Assembly: GCA_027623675.1 (NCBI GenBank)
Contig: JAQBVF010000006.1
Span: 32,001 to 96,000, forward strand
Length of the DNA: 64,000 nt
DNA from: Chloroflexota bacterium
Lineage (GTDB): Bacteria; Chloroflexota; Dehalococcoidia; Lucifugimonadales; UBA3495
Reading direction: 5' to 3'
Shown here one piece after another: positions 38,861 through 48,720 of this stretch. Below the pieces are notes generated by a model. That model did not search any database. It worked only from the letters and a program-made list of their open reading frames with translations, and was not told where the DNA came from. Position numbers and translations under genes: made by a program. Position 1 is the first letter of the stretch; each line of letters begins with the position of its first letter.

Positions 38861-39838
38861 TTGGCGAATACACCCATTACATCGTTTCAAGACATTCAGG
38901 CGGACTGGGAGTCTGTGCTGAAGGACTGCCCGGCCGACACTCTGTTCATATCTCCCGACTGGCAGAAGGTCTGGTGGGATTCCTTCGGCGATGGCCGGAC
39001 AATGGTCGGATTCTCCTACCCCAATTCCGATGGAGTGGCCGGCATCGCTTCACTGGCCAAACAGGGCGACACCGTCTCATTCGTCGGCAGTCAGGATACC
39101 TTCGATTACAACGATTTCGCCATCCGGCCAGGCAACGAAGAGGGTTTCTACGAGACCCTTTTGGATTGCATGGAAGACCAGGATTGCCGGCTGCTGCGGC
39201 TGGATTCGCTTAGAGACGATTCCACTACGCTTGATCTTCTGCCTGACATGGCGCGCAGCCGAGGGTTCACCGTGGAGATTGAAGAGGAGGACGTTACCTC
39301 CGGAATCGACCTCCCCGGCACCTGGGACGAATACCTGGGTCTGCTGAACAAGAAGGACCGCCACGAACTACGCCGCAAGCTGCGCAGGATGGATTCCCAG
39401 ACGGATTGGAAGTGGTACAGCCTATCGGAACCGGCCCAGGTGGCCGAACGGCTGGACGAGTTCATATCCCTGATGCGCCAGAGCCGCCCGGACAAAGATG
39501 AGTTCATGACGCCGGAACGGGAGGCGTTCTTCCACAGCATGACCCAGCGCATGGCCGAACTGGGCCGGCTCAAGTTGTATTTCCTGGATATGGACGGCTC
39601 CACCGTGGCCACGTGTATGTGCTTTGACTATCGGGACTCCCGCCTGTTATACAATAGTGGCTACGATCCAGAATACGCCTATTACAGCGTTGGCCTGCTG
39701 CTCAATGCCATGAGCCTGAAAGACGCGATAGATCAAGGCCTAAGCTACTTCGACTTCCTGCGCGGCCCCGAGCCGTACAAGGCGCATCTTGGCGGACGGC
39801 AGAGGAACCTGTATCAGATGCTTGTAAAGAAAAGTTGA
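38861..39838 (+). CDS. GNAT family acyltransferase (CelD/BcsL-like)
   Basis: TWDEYL...RHELRRKLRR, YNSGYDP, FDFLRGPEPYK. Confidence 0.85.
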   Translation: MANTPITSFQDIQADWESVLKDCPADTLFISPDWQKVWWDSFGDGRTMVGFSYPNSDGVAGIASLAKQGDTVSFVGSQDTFDYNDFAIRPGNEEGFYETLLDCMEDQDCRLLRLDSLRDDSTTLDLLPDMARSRGFTVEIEEEDVTSGIDLPGTWDEYLGLLNKKDRHELRRKLRRMDSQTDWKWYSLSEPAQVAERLDEFISLMRQSRPDKDEFMTPEREAFFHSMTQRMAELGRLKLYFLDMDGSTVATCMCFDYRDSRLLYNSGYDPEYAYYSVGLLLNAMSLKDAIDQGLSYFDFLRGPEPYKAHLGGRQRNLYQMLVKKS

Positions 39839-41046
39839 GCGTGGAAAGGGCCGCATTCATCACCCTCCACGCCTGCCCCCTGGCTGCTCCCGGACAGGGA
39901 AAGTCTGGCGGCATGAACGTATATGTCAGGCAGTTGGCCGCTGCCCTGGGCGATATGGGGATGCAGATAGACATCTTCACCCGGGAGCACACCGGTGTCG
40001 TCAACCGCATCGAGAACATCGGCCCCAATGTTCGGGTGGTCCATATCAAGGCCGGTGAGCCTGAAGCCCACGTGGAAGACCTCTACGCCTTGCTCCCCGA
40101 GTTCTTGGACCAACTGAATGCCTTCCGTGAGGAAGAGGGTCTAACTTACGATGTGGTCCACTCTCATTACTGGCTGTCGTCCTGGATCGGCCGGGAATTG
40201 TCCCGGGCCACGGGCGCGCCCCACGTGGTGACCTTCCACACTTTGGGCCTTATCAAGATGCAATCACGCGCCGGAGAGGTGGAGCAGGCGGAACGTCTCG
40301 TGGTGGAACGCGAGGTCATGGCCAGCGCCGACCGGATAATCGCATTCAGCCCCCACGAGCGCGACGCCATGGCCAGGCTCTATGGCGCCGATGCCAACAA
40401 AGTTTCGCTGGTGCACTGCGGAGTGGACCTGTCCGTGTTCCGGCCCTTGGACCAGAGATTGGTCCGGCGGCGCCTGGGTTTGAACGGCGAAAAGATTCTC
40501 CTCTACGTTGGCCGCATTGAGCCGCTGAAAGGTCTAGATCTTCTGGTGGAAACGACAGCCCAGATGGACACGGGCGAGAGCGTCCGCATAATCGTCGTGG
40601 GCGCCGATGCCAACGGCGGCCAGGAGATGGACCGGGTCATGCAGTTGGCCAAAGAACGGGACCTGGACGGCCAGATCGACTTTGTCGGCCAGGTGGACCA
40701 CCGCGACCTGCCCCTGTACTACAACGCCGCCGATGTTTGTGTCGTGCCGTCGTACTACGAAAGTTTCGGGTTGGTGGCTTTGGAGTCCATGGCCTGTGGC
40801 ACCCCAGTTGTCGCCACCCGAGTCGGTGGGCTGTCCACCATCATCCGCCATGGCCACACCGGCTATTTGAAATCGTGGCGGTGCCCGGAAGCCTTCGCCA
40901 ACTCCGTGGAGATGATCATCTCCAGCGACGACTTGCAGCAGAGCATGGGCGAAGCGGCCCGCACCCGCGCGGAAGGGATGGGCTGGGACAACGTCGCCGC
41001 CATCATGTGGGATGAGTACGCCGTCTTGACCGCAAACGCGGCATGA
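39835..41046 (+). CDS. MshA-like GT4 glycosyltransferase
   Basis: PGQGKSGGMNVYV, HSHYWLS, HTL, GRIEPLKG, ESFGLVALESMACGTP. Confidence 0.85.
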   Translation: MSVERAAFITLHACPLAAPGQGKSGGMNVYVRQLAAALGDMGMQIDIFTREHTGVVNRIENIGPNVRVVHIKAGEPEAHVEDLYALLPEFLDQLNAFREEEGLTYDVVHSHYWLSSWIGRELSRATGAPHVVTFHTLGLIKMQSRAGEVEQAERLVVEREVMASADRIIAFSPHERDAMARLYGADANKVSLVHCGVDLSVFRPLDQRLVRRRLGLNGEKILLYVGRIEPLKGLDLLVETTAQMDTGESVRIIVVGADANGGQEMDRVMQLAKERDLDGQIDFVGQVDHRDLPLYYNAADVCVVPSYYESFGLVALESMACGTPVVATRVGGLSTIIRHGHTGYLKSWRCPEAFANSVEMIISSDDLQQSMGEAARTRAEGMGWDNVAAIMWDEYAVLTANAA

Positions 41047-41224
41047 GACGATAATATTTATTAACGGGCCTGGCGTTGTGGCCTGCTTCATCTCGTAATC
41101 TAGACTCGGTGTCGTTGATGTCCGGTCCGCTATTTCGTCAACGGCCTGGCGCGACCACCAAGTCACCACTGCCTCGGCTGTCTACTCGGCTCAGAAGGCT
41201 CTGGTTATCGCACCGGAGGAAACC

Positions 41225-41971
41225 TTGCCCCCAGACTCCCCCGAACCCCCCTCAGGCAATCAGGCCCTGAAGGACGCTCTCAGGCGCCTATTTGGCCCAT
41301 TGCGCCGGCCGGTGCTCCATGTCCAGCGGACGATCGGCGCCGGTATCCTGGTGATATTGCCCATCGGAATCACGGCGCTGGTCCTGAAATTCTTCTTCGA
41401 CCTGCTGGATCCGGTGTTGCAGCCGGTGCTCGACCTGCTGCCCGGCGATTCGGTAACGGGATTGGGACTGGTTGCGCTGTTCATATTGGTCTACCTGTTG
41501 GGCTTGTTCGCCGCCCAAGTCGTGGGCAGGCGGCTCATCAACGTGGGACACCGGGTCATGGAAGTTATTCCGCTGGTGAAGGGTATCTACGGGACCACCA
41601 GGATGGCGGTGGAGATCCTCTCCCACAGCGGCAATGGGCAAACCGGCGGCAACGGGGACGGAGATACCAAAGGCCGGCAGTATTCCGGTGTGGTGCTGAT
41701 CGACTTTCCCAGGGACGGCATCAAATCCATCGGGCTCATCACATCGACCATGCTGGATACCGATGGAGAGGAAGTGCTGTCGGTCTACGTCCCGACCACG
41801 CCGATACCATCGTCTGGTTTCCTGGTCATCGTGTCGGCATCCGATGTTACGCGAACGGACTTGAGCGTGGAAGACGCCCTGAGAGTGGTGATCTCCGGAG
41901 GGATCAGGCTGGACGCGGTGTTCCGGCGGTCCGGATTTCAGGTGCCGGGGAAAACCCGCTCGAACCAGTGA
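41225..41971 (+). CDS. DUF502 membrane protein
   Basis: GILVILPIGIT, IPLVKGIY, VYVPTTPIPSSGFL, ISGG. Confidence 0.88.
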   Translation: MPPDSPEPPSGNQALKDALRRLFGPLRRPVLHVQRTIGAGILVILPIGITALVLKFFFDLLDPVLQPVLDLLPGDSVTGLGLVALFILVYLLGLFAAQVVGRRLINVGHRVMEVIPLVKGIYGTTRMAVEILSHSGNGQTGGNGDGDTKGRQYSGVVLIDFPRDGIKSIGLITSTMLDTDGEEVLSVYVPTTPIPSSGFLVIVSASDVTRTDLSVEDALRVVISGGIRLDAVFRRSGFQVPGKTRSNQ

Positions 41972-42843
41972 CGCTCGCCGGTAATCTTGAACCCGGTGGA
42001 TGTGTATAACCGCACCCCCGGGTCGTTGTTTGAGTCGACTTCCAGCCCGATCTCGGCCAGTCCCACCGACCGCAGATGCTTCATACCCGCATGCAGGATG
42101 TGGCGGCTCAGACCCTGGCCACGGAACTCTGGCGTCACCCCAATCATGCCGATCATGCCCCGGGGACCATTCTCTGACGGCACCATCACCGTCCAGCAGT
42201 AGCCTGCCGGCTGGTCTCCCCGGAACAAGAACACGATCCCGGCTTTGGACGTGTTGGGCATGCTGGCCCGGTACGCGATCTGCTCCTCGGTATTGGGACA
42301 GAACCCCCAACTGCCGGTGAAAGCGGCATTCTGGACCTGAGTCAGTAGCGGCGTGTCGCCTGGCTGGAAAGATCGCACGGAGTACCCTTGGGGAAGCTCC
42401 AACTCCGGCAGGCTATCCTCACTCCAGAGCATGTCCAGGTAGGTGCGCGCAGGGGAAAACCCCAGCGATTCCAACAGGCTGCCTCTTTCCGAGTCCGGGG
42501 GCACGCAAACGTGGGCCACCGCGACGCCCATACCCTGCGCCCGTGACACGGCCCGCCGCACCAACGCCGCTTCGTCCGGGCTGCCGGCCGGCGCCGGTGA
42601 GGTCAAAACTTCGATCACTGAGCGGCTGATGGGGGCTTCCGAGTACACGAGAGCCATCCCCTTAATCTCCCCGGAGACTTCCAGAACGAAACAGTTCTCA
42701 GTCGGTTCCAATCCGGGTTGACCCAACACAGCATCAAAGGTGGTGCGGCAGAGCTCGTGTAGCTCGTCGTTGGTGCCGTTCTGGGAAGCCACGAATTCGA
42801 CCAGGTCTGATCTGAGGTTGTTGGTGTAGTTAACGACTGGCAA
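41938..42843 (-). CDS. Tandem-GNAT acetyltransferase, MshD-like
   Basis: Two GNAT lobes; NAAF, GYCWT, IGVTPEFRGQGL, LEVDSNN...LY...GF. Confidence 0.75.
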   Translation of the reverse strand: MPVVNYTNNLRSDLVEFVASQNGTNDELHELCRTTFDAVLGQPGLEPTENCFVLEVSGEIKGMALVYSEAPISRSVIEVLTSPAPAGSPDEAALVRRAVSRAQGMGVAVAHVCVPPDSERGSLLESLGFSPARTYLDMLWSEDSLPELELPQGYSVRSFQPGDTPLLTQVQNAAFTGSWGFCPNTEEQIAYRASMPNTSKAGIVFLFRGDQPAGYCWTVMVPSENGPRGMIGMIGVTPEFRGQGLSRHILHAGMKHLRSVGLAEIGLEVDSNNDPGVRLYTSTGFKITGERHWFERVFPGT

Positions 42844-43240
42844 TCAGGTCTTCCAGGCTGGTAAACTCTGAAACTGGGTGGTGAAGACTGAGGCTGACGA
42901 AATTCGACGCCAACCAGCGAAATGGGCGGCGGATGAGCCGGGTGGTTCTTGGCGTACCGTGCCTACAGAGCCGTGTCTGGTGGCTGGGGCAGATTGTAGC
43001 AGAGTATCCTACGGTTCACAACGCCGGTTGATACCGCCTTTAATGGTAAATGATTCAAGCCACATAATCGTTAATGAATACTGATCTGGCACTTTGGTGT
43101 CTGATTCCGTAACACAAACCGGATAAACCCTTGGCGACGAGTCTGGCCGCGGATGATTGCGGTCTGTTCCAGCGCCACAATCCCTGCATCCCAGGACATG
43201 GAGACACGCCAACGCCAGGCCATTAGGAGGCCCCGATTTA

Positions 43241-43969
43241 ATGCCCGAGCCAATGCCCGAGCCAATGAATGAAACCCCAGAGCGAGTTCTGGTTGTAACC
43301 CCCCACCCGGATGATGCCGATTTCTGGTGCGCCGGTACCGTCGCCAAATGGCTGGACGGCGGCGCGTCGGTCCGCTACGTGCTTTGCACCGATGGAGGCA
43401 AGGGAACCACCGACCCCAACATCTCTTCGGCGGCCCTTTCCAAGATGCGGGAACAGGAGCAGGCGGATGCGGTCCAAGCCCTCGGCGTGCAGGAGTTGGT
43501 GTTGCTGCACCACCCCGACGGCAGCCTTGAAGATAATGACGAGTTCCGAAGGGAGCTGGTCCGGCAGATTCGCCAGGTACGCCCGGATGTCGTGCTGTGC
43601 CCCGAGCCCTACCGGAAGAACCTGGCATGGCACCGGGACCACCGTATCACCGGGCAGGTCGCCTTGGACGCCGTATTCCCGTGCGCACGCGACCATCTGC
43701 ACTTCGTCGAGCTATGGCGTGATGAAGGCTTGGAGCCGCACAAAACGCCAACCATGTTGTTCTGGGGGACGGAAGAGGCCGACACGATATCGGATATCTC
43801 CGAGTCGTTTGACGCCAAGCTTAAGGCGGTCAAGGCGCACAAAAGTCAGATGGACGGCCATAGCGATTCCGAGATCGCAGACTTCGTCAAAGAAAGGGCC
43901 AGAGATGCCGCCGGAAACTCCGGACTGGAATTAGCTGAAGCCTTCAGGAAGCTCACCTTTCGGGTCTAA
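43241..43969 (+). CDS. PIG-L family deacetylase (MshB/Mca/BshB-like)
   Basis: PHPDD, TDGGKG, REQEQ, HRDH; AGGAGG RBS. Confidence 0.9.
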   Translation: MPEPMPEPMNETPERVLVVTPHPDDADFWCAGTVAKWLDGGASVRYVLCTDGGKGTTDPNISSAALSKMREQEQADAVQALGVQELVLLHHPDGSLEDNDEFRRELVRQIRQVRPDVVLCPEPYRKNLAWHRDHRITGQVALDAVFPCARDHLHFVELWRDEGLEPHKTPTMLFWGTEEADTISDISESFDAKLKAVKAHKSQMDGHSDSEIADFVKERARDAAGNSGLELAEAFRKLTFRV

Positions 43970-44011
43970 CTTTCTGGGTCTAACCTCTCGGGTCTAGCCT
44001 TCTGTGTCTAA
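43956..44011. repeat. Four imperfect 14-nt copies of the PIG-L gene stop region
   Basis: cctttcgggtctaa / ctttctgggtctaa / cctctcgggtctag / ccttctgtgtctaa. Confidence 0.85.
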
Positions 44012-44065
44012 TCGGACGGGATCGGAGGCGGTCAACGTTGTTTGGTGCTTGGAAAGCGACCGCCT

Positions 44066-45727
44066 CTAAAGAGCGCCGGTACCTGGGTCGTTCAGCAATA
44101 CCGGTCTCAGCAAGGGCAGCGCCGGGCCGCCAAACGAGAGCAGCCGGTCGTGAAACGTCTTGAGACTGTAAGCGCTGCCCTGCTCTCGCTGGTAATCCTC
44201 CCGCAGCTTCAGGATCATCAGTTTGCCCAGGGTGTAGTTCAGGTATCCGGGGTCAAAGGTGCCCCGCAGCGCCTCCCGCCGGGCCGGCAACTCGGCCATA
44301 TAGGCGTTCTCCATGAAGAACCGGGTGGCGTCCTCCAGCGTCATTTCCCCCGTATGCATCCCCAGCGAGCACATATAGCGGCAATTACGGACCAGGGCCT
44401 CTAGCAACTGGGTCAAGAGCAATCGCGGCTGCCCCGCTCCGTACCCGGTTTCCAGCATCATCTCCTCTGTGTAATGGGCCCAACCCTCGGTGAACGAGTA
44501 GGCCGTTGCCACTCGGTTGACCAGCGGCAACTCCCGTCCGTATCGGTTGTGCAGGTGATGCACGAAGTGGCCGGGGTAGACCTCGTGGATTGAGATGGTC
44601 TTCAACGTGTCGTAATTGAAGTTGGAGAGCCACTCTTCGCTCTGCTGGACGGTCCAGTCGTCTTCCACCGGCGTCACGTAGTAGAAAGACTCAGTGGCCT
44701 TCGTCTCCAGGGCGCCGGCGCTGTCCATGGCCGCAAAGGCGTAGCGCATGTAGGCCGGCGTCTCGATCACCTGACAGCGGTCCTCGGAGGGCACGCTGAT
44801 GACGTCAAAGTCGATCAGCGACTGCCGGATGTCTTCAAGCATTTCCCGCGTTTCTGGTATCAGCCGCTGGGCTTGGGGGTGGTTACGGCCGATGTCCTCG
44901 ACGATCTCTCCAACCCGCCGGCCCGGTGAGATGCTCTGGGCGACCTCTTTGATGCGGGAGAGGTTATCTTCCAGATTAGCCTGCCCGATGGCGGCAATCC
45001 GGCTTAGAGGAGCATCCAAACCCTCCCCGGTGGCCAACATGCCCGAATAGAGCTCCGGCCCGATGGCGAATCCCCCGGGACCGTGGGTACCCCTGGACTT
45101 GAGTCTTTCGGCGAACCGGTCCAGGGCGGCGGCAGCGGTCTCCCTGGCCTGGTCGAATTCCTTGACTACCTCAGGGTCTTTCACATCCTTCGAAGCTTGG
45201 GCCAGGTCCACCCGGTAGAAGCGGGCCATGCCGGAATAGCTCTCCACGCTCATGTCCACCACGTGGGATGACAAGCGTGCGGATAACGCCCGGTCCAGCA
45301 CTTCAAGAAAATCGGGCGCCTGTTGCAAGACTGACGCCGCCGAACGCAGCCGGTCTTCCAACGGGGCGTAGTCACGGCGGATGTAGCCGCTCACGTTCAG
45401 GTACCCGCTATGGCGCATCGGGTTGTTCTCGAGAGGCTTGAGGTCGTTGAAGATGAACTGCTCCCGGCGCAGGAATAGCTCCAACATCCGGTAGCTCATG
45501 CGGTCCGGCGCATCCAGGGCGTTCGGGTCCAGTTTGCCCAGGTCTTTTAGGCCTTGGCGCAACTCTGCAGACCGGCGGGCGTTCTGGGCGGGCGAGAGGT
45601 CCGGGAGGCGGCCATCGTATTCGTGGCGGCCGATCCGGGACCCGGCGGTGGGATAGAAATCCCAGTGATCTTTGATCAGCCGTTCGGACAACCGTTGGAG
45701 ATTCGCTTGAGTTTCGTTCTGTGCCAT
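44066..45727 (-). CDS. DUF885 family protein (M32-like putative metallopeptidase)
   Basis: HEVYPGH, EGWAHYTE, YTLGKL. Confidence 0.88.
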   Translation of the reverse strand: MAQNETQANLQRLSERLIKDHWDFYPTAGSRIGRHEYDGRLPDLSPAQNARRSAELRQGLKDLGKLDPNALDAPDRMSYRMLELFLRREQFIFNDLKPLENNPMRHSGYLNVSGYIRRDYAPLEDRLRSAASVLQQAPDFLEVLDRALSARLSSHVVDMSVESYSGMARFYRVDLAQASKDVKDPEVVKEFDQARETAAAALDRFAERLKSRGTHGPGGFAIGPELYSGMLATGEGLDAPLSRIAAIGQANLEDNLSRIKEVAQSISPGRRVGEIVEDIGRNHPQAQRLIPETREMLEDIRQSLIDFDVISVPSEDRCQVIETPAYMRYAFAAMDSAGALETKATESFYYVTPVEDDWTVQQSEEWLSNFNYDTLKTISIHEVYPGHFVHHLHNRYGRELPLVNRVATAYSFTEGWAHYTEEMMLETGYGAGQPRLLLTQLLEALVRNCRYMCSLGMHTGEMTLEDATRFFMENAYMAELPARREALRGTFDPGYLNYTLGKLMILKLREDYQREQGSAYSLKTFHDRLLSFGGPALPLLRPVLLNDPGTGAL

Positions 45728-45795
45728 CGCGCTCCTCAAATAAAAAGGGCGGCCCATCTGATGGACCGCCCGCATCCAGCCGTTTTCCGAGTGGC

Positions 45796-46110
45796 TTAGA
45801 GCAGCGTTTCGCTGATCTGGAATTGAGGCTTGATGTCGGTGTAATTGGCGATGTCTCCCATGACGGCGCCGCCGTGGGTCTTGAAGGCTTCGTGCACCTC
45901 ATCAGCCGTGTTGAAATAGAGGTGCCCAACGGCGATGTAGGGTGCGGGGGCGTTGGGGTCGGCGCTGGAAACGCCCTTCTCCATCTCACCTTTGAGCAGA
46001 CCCGCGGGGCCCAGCAGGCTTTGGACCAGGTTCAGATGCGTGGTGGTCCAATAGCCGTGGTCGAATTTCTTGCCTTCTTCGTTGGGGTAGAGGACGGTGA
46101 CTTTAATCAT
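45796..46110 (-). CDS. EthD family protein
   Basis: MIKVTVLYP...FDHGYW...H...DIANYTDIKP. Confidence 0.88.
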   Translation of the reverse strand: MIKVTVLYPNEEGKKFDHGYWTTTHLNLVQSLLGPAGLLKGEMEKGVSSADPNAPAPYIAVGHLYFNTADEVHEAFKTHGGAVMGDIANYTDIKPQFQISETLL

Positions 46111-46376
46111 GGTTGATACTCCCGATTACGCATTATGATTCGCAAGGTTTTTCGCGCATTGCGCGCGTTTCGACCAGTGTACTCGGCACGCCGGTGGCTG
46201 GCAATGCCAGTCTTGATATTCAAGTTCGGGAAAAGCTATCCGATACCCATTTGGTACAATTAACCGGCCTCGAAAAATCCGCCTCCGGTGAGCTAATCAA
46301 CGATAGATGGCGTACCTTTTCGGTCCGTACCGTCTCAACTCCAATCATTCGCAAGGAGCCACCCGCTCAATCAGAT

Positions 46377-47822
46377 ATGATGCAAGAACCACCCGCCTCC
46401 ACCCAAAGATCTTCGTCCCCGGTGCCGGTCGTCAGACTCCCTTCCGTTCCTCTAACCATCACCTTCCTCGCGGTCTTGGCATTGGCGCTGGCGCTCGCCG
46501 CCTGCTCATCATCGGTGGACTCGAAGGACCCGGCGGAGTCGCAAGATGGGTCCGGCGGGCTTTCTTTGGTATGGGAAGCCTGGGACAAGATCAGTCAGAA
46601 TTACGCCGGTGTGGACGCCTTGGATTCGGAGTCAGTGGCCGCCGGTGCGATGGCCCAGTTTTTGGACCTGGTGGACGTTTCCCCATATCCGTTCTTGACG
46701 GACGTCGGCCGAATGCGCGGGCAGCCTCCAGCCAACGTCCCCGGTGAGATGGTCGATCTTTGGCGGGCGTTTGCCCTCTACAGCGCCGGGGAGCCGGACT
46801 TCGATCCAGCCACGGTCGCGGAAGCGGTGGTGGCCGGCATGTTGAACGGCCTGGGAGACCCATCCGCAGCCTTCTTGGATGCTGAGCAATATCCGTTGGC
46901 CAGGGAGAACCTGGATGATGTGGTCGAGGGCAGTTACCTGGGCATCGGGTCCAGAGTGATCTCTCAAGACGGCCAGATCGTGCTGTTCCCCTTCGGGGGC
47001 TCGCCGGCGGAGAGCGCGGGTATCCTGCCCGGCGACGTATTGGTGGCGGTGGCCGGCTCATCGGTGGTGGGTCAGAGTGTTCAGGAAGTAGTGAGCCAAG
47101 TTGCGGGACCCAAGGGAACCAAAGTCCTGTTGGCCTTGGCGCGGGCCGGCGAAGCCCAGCACCTGGAGGTCGAGGTTTTCCGGGGCGACATAGAATTGCA
47201 ATCGGTGGCCAGTCAATTGATACCCGGGGGCATCGCCTATCTGCGTATCTCCCGGTTTCGTGAGAATACGGGCGAGCAAGTGTTCAGCGCTCTGGAAGAG
47301 CTGAACCGGTTCGATATGCTGGCGTTGGTACTGGACCTGAGGTCCAACCCCGGCGGGTCCGCGGCGGCTGCCAAGGAATCGGCTGGCCAATTCCTGCCCG
47401 ACGGCGCCGTATTTGGATTCGTGGAAGACCAGACCGGCAAGCGCACGGCCCAATACATCGCCTCCAACGAGGACCGCCTCAGCCTGGACGACCTGCTGAT
47501 CGCGGTGCTGGTCAATGATCAGACCGTCCGGGAAGCGGAGACGATGGCGGCGGCGTTGCAGGACGCCGGCAGGGCCACTGTCTTTGGCACAGCCACCTTC
47601 GGCGACGCCTCGGCCTACGAGTTCATCGAACTGAGCAACGGGTCTGCCATGTACCTGCCGGTTTCCCGTTGGCTCACTCCATCAGGCAAGCTCCTGGGCC
47701 GGAACGGCCTAACCCCTGATGTAGAGGTCGACTCGGTCCCCGAAGTGGACGGCTACGGCGGTGAGAGTCAATTTAACCGCGCCTATGAGTTCCTGGACAG
47801 CCAACTTCCGCCATTCCGTTAA
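46377..47822 (+). CDS. S41 (CtpA-like) PDZ lipoprotein with degenerate active site; start uncertain
   Basis: Lipobox LALAAC, PDZ region (GIG, SPAESAGILPGD), LDLRSNPGG, WLTPSG, GLTPD. Confidence 0.82.
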   Translation: MMQEPPASTQRSSSPVPVVRLPSVPLTITFLAVLALALALAACSSSVDSKDPAESQDGSGGLSLVWEAWDKISQNYAGVDALDSESVAAGAMAQFLDLVDVSPYPFLTDVGRMRGQPPANVPGEMVDLWRAFALYSAGEPDFDPATVAEAVVAGMLNGLGDPSAAFLDAEQYPLARENLDDVVEGSYLGIGSRVISQDGQIVLFPFGGSPAESAGILPGDVLVAVAGSSVVGQSVQEVVSQVAGPKGTKVLLALARAGEAQHLEVEVFRGDIELQSVASQLIPGGIAYLRISRFRENTGEQVFSALEELNRFDMLALVLDLRSNPGGSAAAAKESAGQFLPDGAVFGFVEDQTGKRTAQYIASNEDRLSLDDLLIAVLVNDQTVREAETMAAALQDAGRATVFGTATFGDASAYEFIELSNGSAMYLPVSRWLTPSGKLLGRNGLTPDVEVDSVPEVDGYGGESQFNRAYEFLDSQLPPFR

Positions 47823-47863
47823 CAACGGGGTTACTGTCCCGCGGGCACTCCTCTAGAAAAAAT

Positions 47864-47893
47864 AAAGGCCTCTCCCTTGGAAGAGGCCTTTTT
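47864..47893. terminator. Bidirectional intrinsic terminator
   Basis: aaaggcctct-N8-agaggccttttt between convergent genes. Confidence 0.8.
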
Positions 47894-47913
47894 AGTTGCG
47901 GGTATGGGGAGGG

Positions 47914-48165
47914 CTAGCCGGTGTCGGCTTCCTCCTGACAGCGAAGACACACATAGGCGGCGATATCCTCTGGCAGGCTGTCGCTGGCCACATTGCGCTT
48001 GCGGCCGCACACCGAGCAGACCACAGTCTCCGTGGCGGGAGGCGGCGGTTTGGCGGTGACATTCTCCGCCTCGGGAGACCCACTTCGGTGTCTCCCTCGA
48101 AATCCGACGTAGTCGGAATCGCTCTCCCGCAACCGCAGGAAGCGTTCCCGGTCTTTACGGCCCAA
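47914..48165 (-). CDS. Small protein (83 aa) with C-terminal CxxC...CxxC zinc ribbon
   Basis: AAGGAGG RBS before TTG 48165; CSVC and CLRC; ends just before the terminator. Confidence 0.65.
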   Translation of the reverse strand: MGRKDRERFLRLRESDSDYVGFRGRHRSGSPEAENVTAKPPPPATETVVCSVCGRKRNVASDSLPEDIAAYVCLRCQEEADTG

Positions 48166-48263
48166 TCGGCCCTCCTTTAGGCAGGGACGAAGTCGCAACA
48201 GCCGGTCACCCTGCCTGTGGGCAGGAGCGATCGGCTGAATATTGAGCGGTTATAACGAAGGGA

Positions 48264-48650
48264 TTACTTGATCTCGACGGAGGCCCCGGCCTCTTCAAGT
48301 TTGGACTTGATGTCGTTGGCTTCGTCCCTGGCGATGCCTTCCTTGATGGCGGTGGGAGCGGACTCCACCAACTCTTTGGCCTCGCGCAGGCCCAGGGAAG
48401 TGACTTCGCGAACGGCCTTAATGACGTTGATCTTATTGGGACCGATCTCTTTCAGGCTGACCTCGAACGCGGACTGGTCTTCCGCGGCGGCGGCGCCCTC
48501 GGCGGGAGCTCCACCGGCAGCGGGCGCGGCGGCGACGGCCACCGGGGCGGCGGCGCTGATGCCAAACTCGTTTTCCAAGGCCTTTACCACGTCGGCCAAC
48601 TCGACAACGTTCATCCCTTTAATCGCTTCTATGATCTCGTCTTTGGTCAT
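48264..48650 (-). CDS. rplL: 50S ribosomal protein L7/L12
   Basis: [10 protein letters not shown]...[11 protein letters not shown]. Confidence 0.98.
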   Translation of the reverse strand: MTKDEIIEAIKGMNVVELADVVKALENEFGISAAAPVAVAAAPAAGGAPAEGAAAAEDQSAFEVSLKEIGPNKINVIKAVREVTSLGLREAKELVESAPTAIKEGIARDEANDIKSKLEEAGASVEIK

Positions 48651-48720
48651 GATGTCTCCTCTTACTTCGTTGTGCTCGATCTAATAGTTATATTGAATTC
48701 GACTGCTTGGATCTGCGGAG

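Noticed and set aside
46113..46376. 88-codon N-terminal extension of the S41 ORF
   Set aside because: Begins 3 nt from the divergent ethD start, has no RBS, and would bury the lipoprotein signal.
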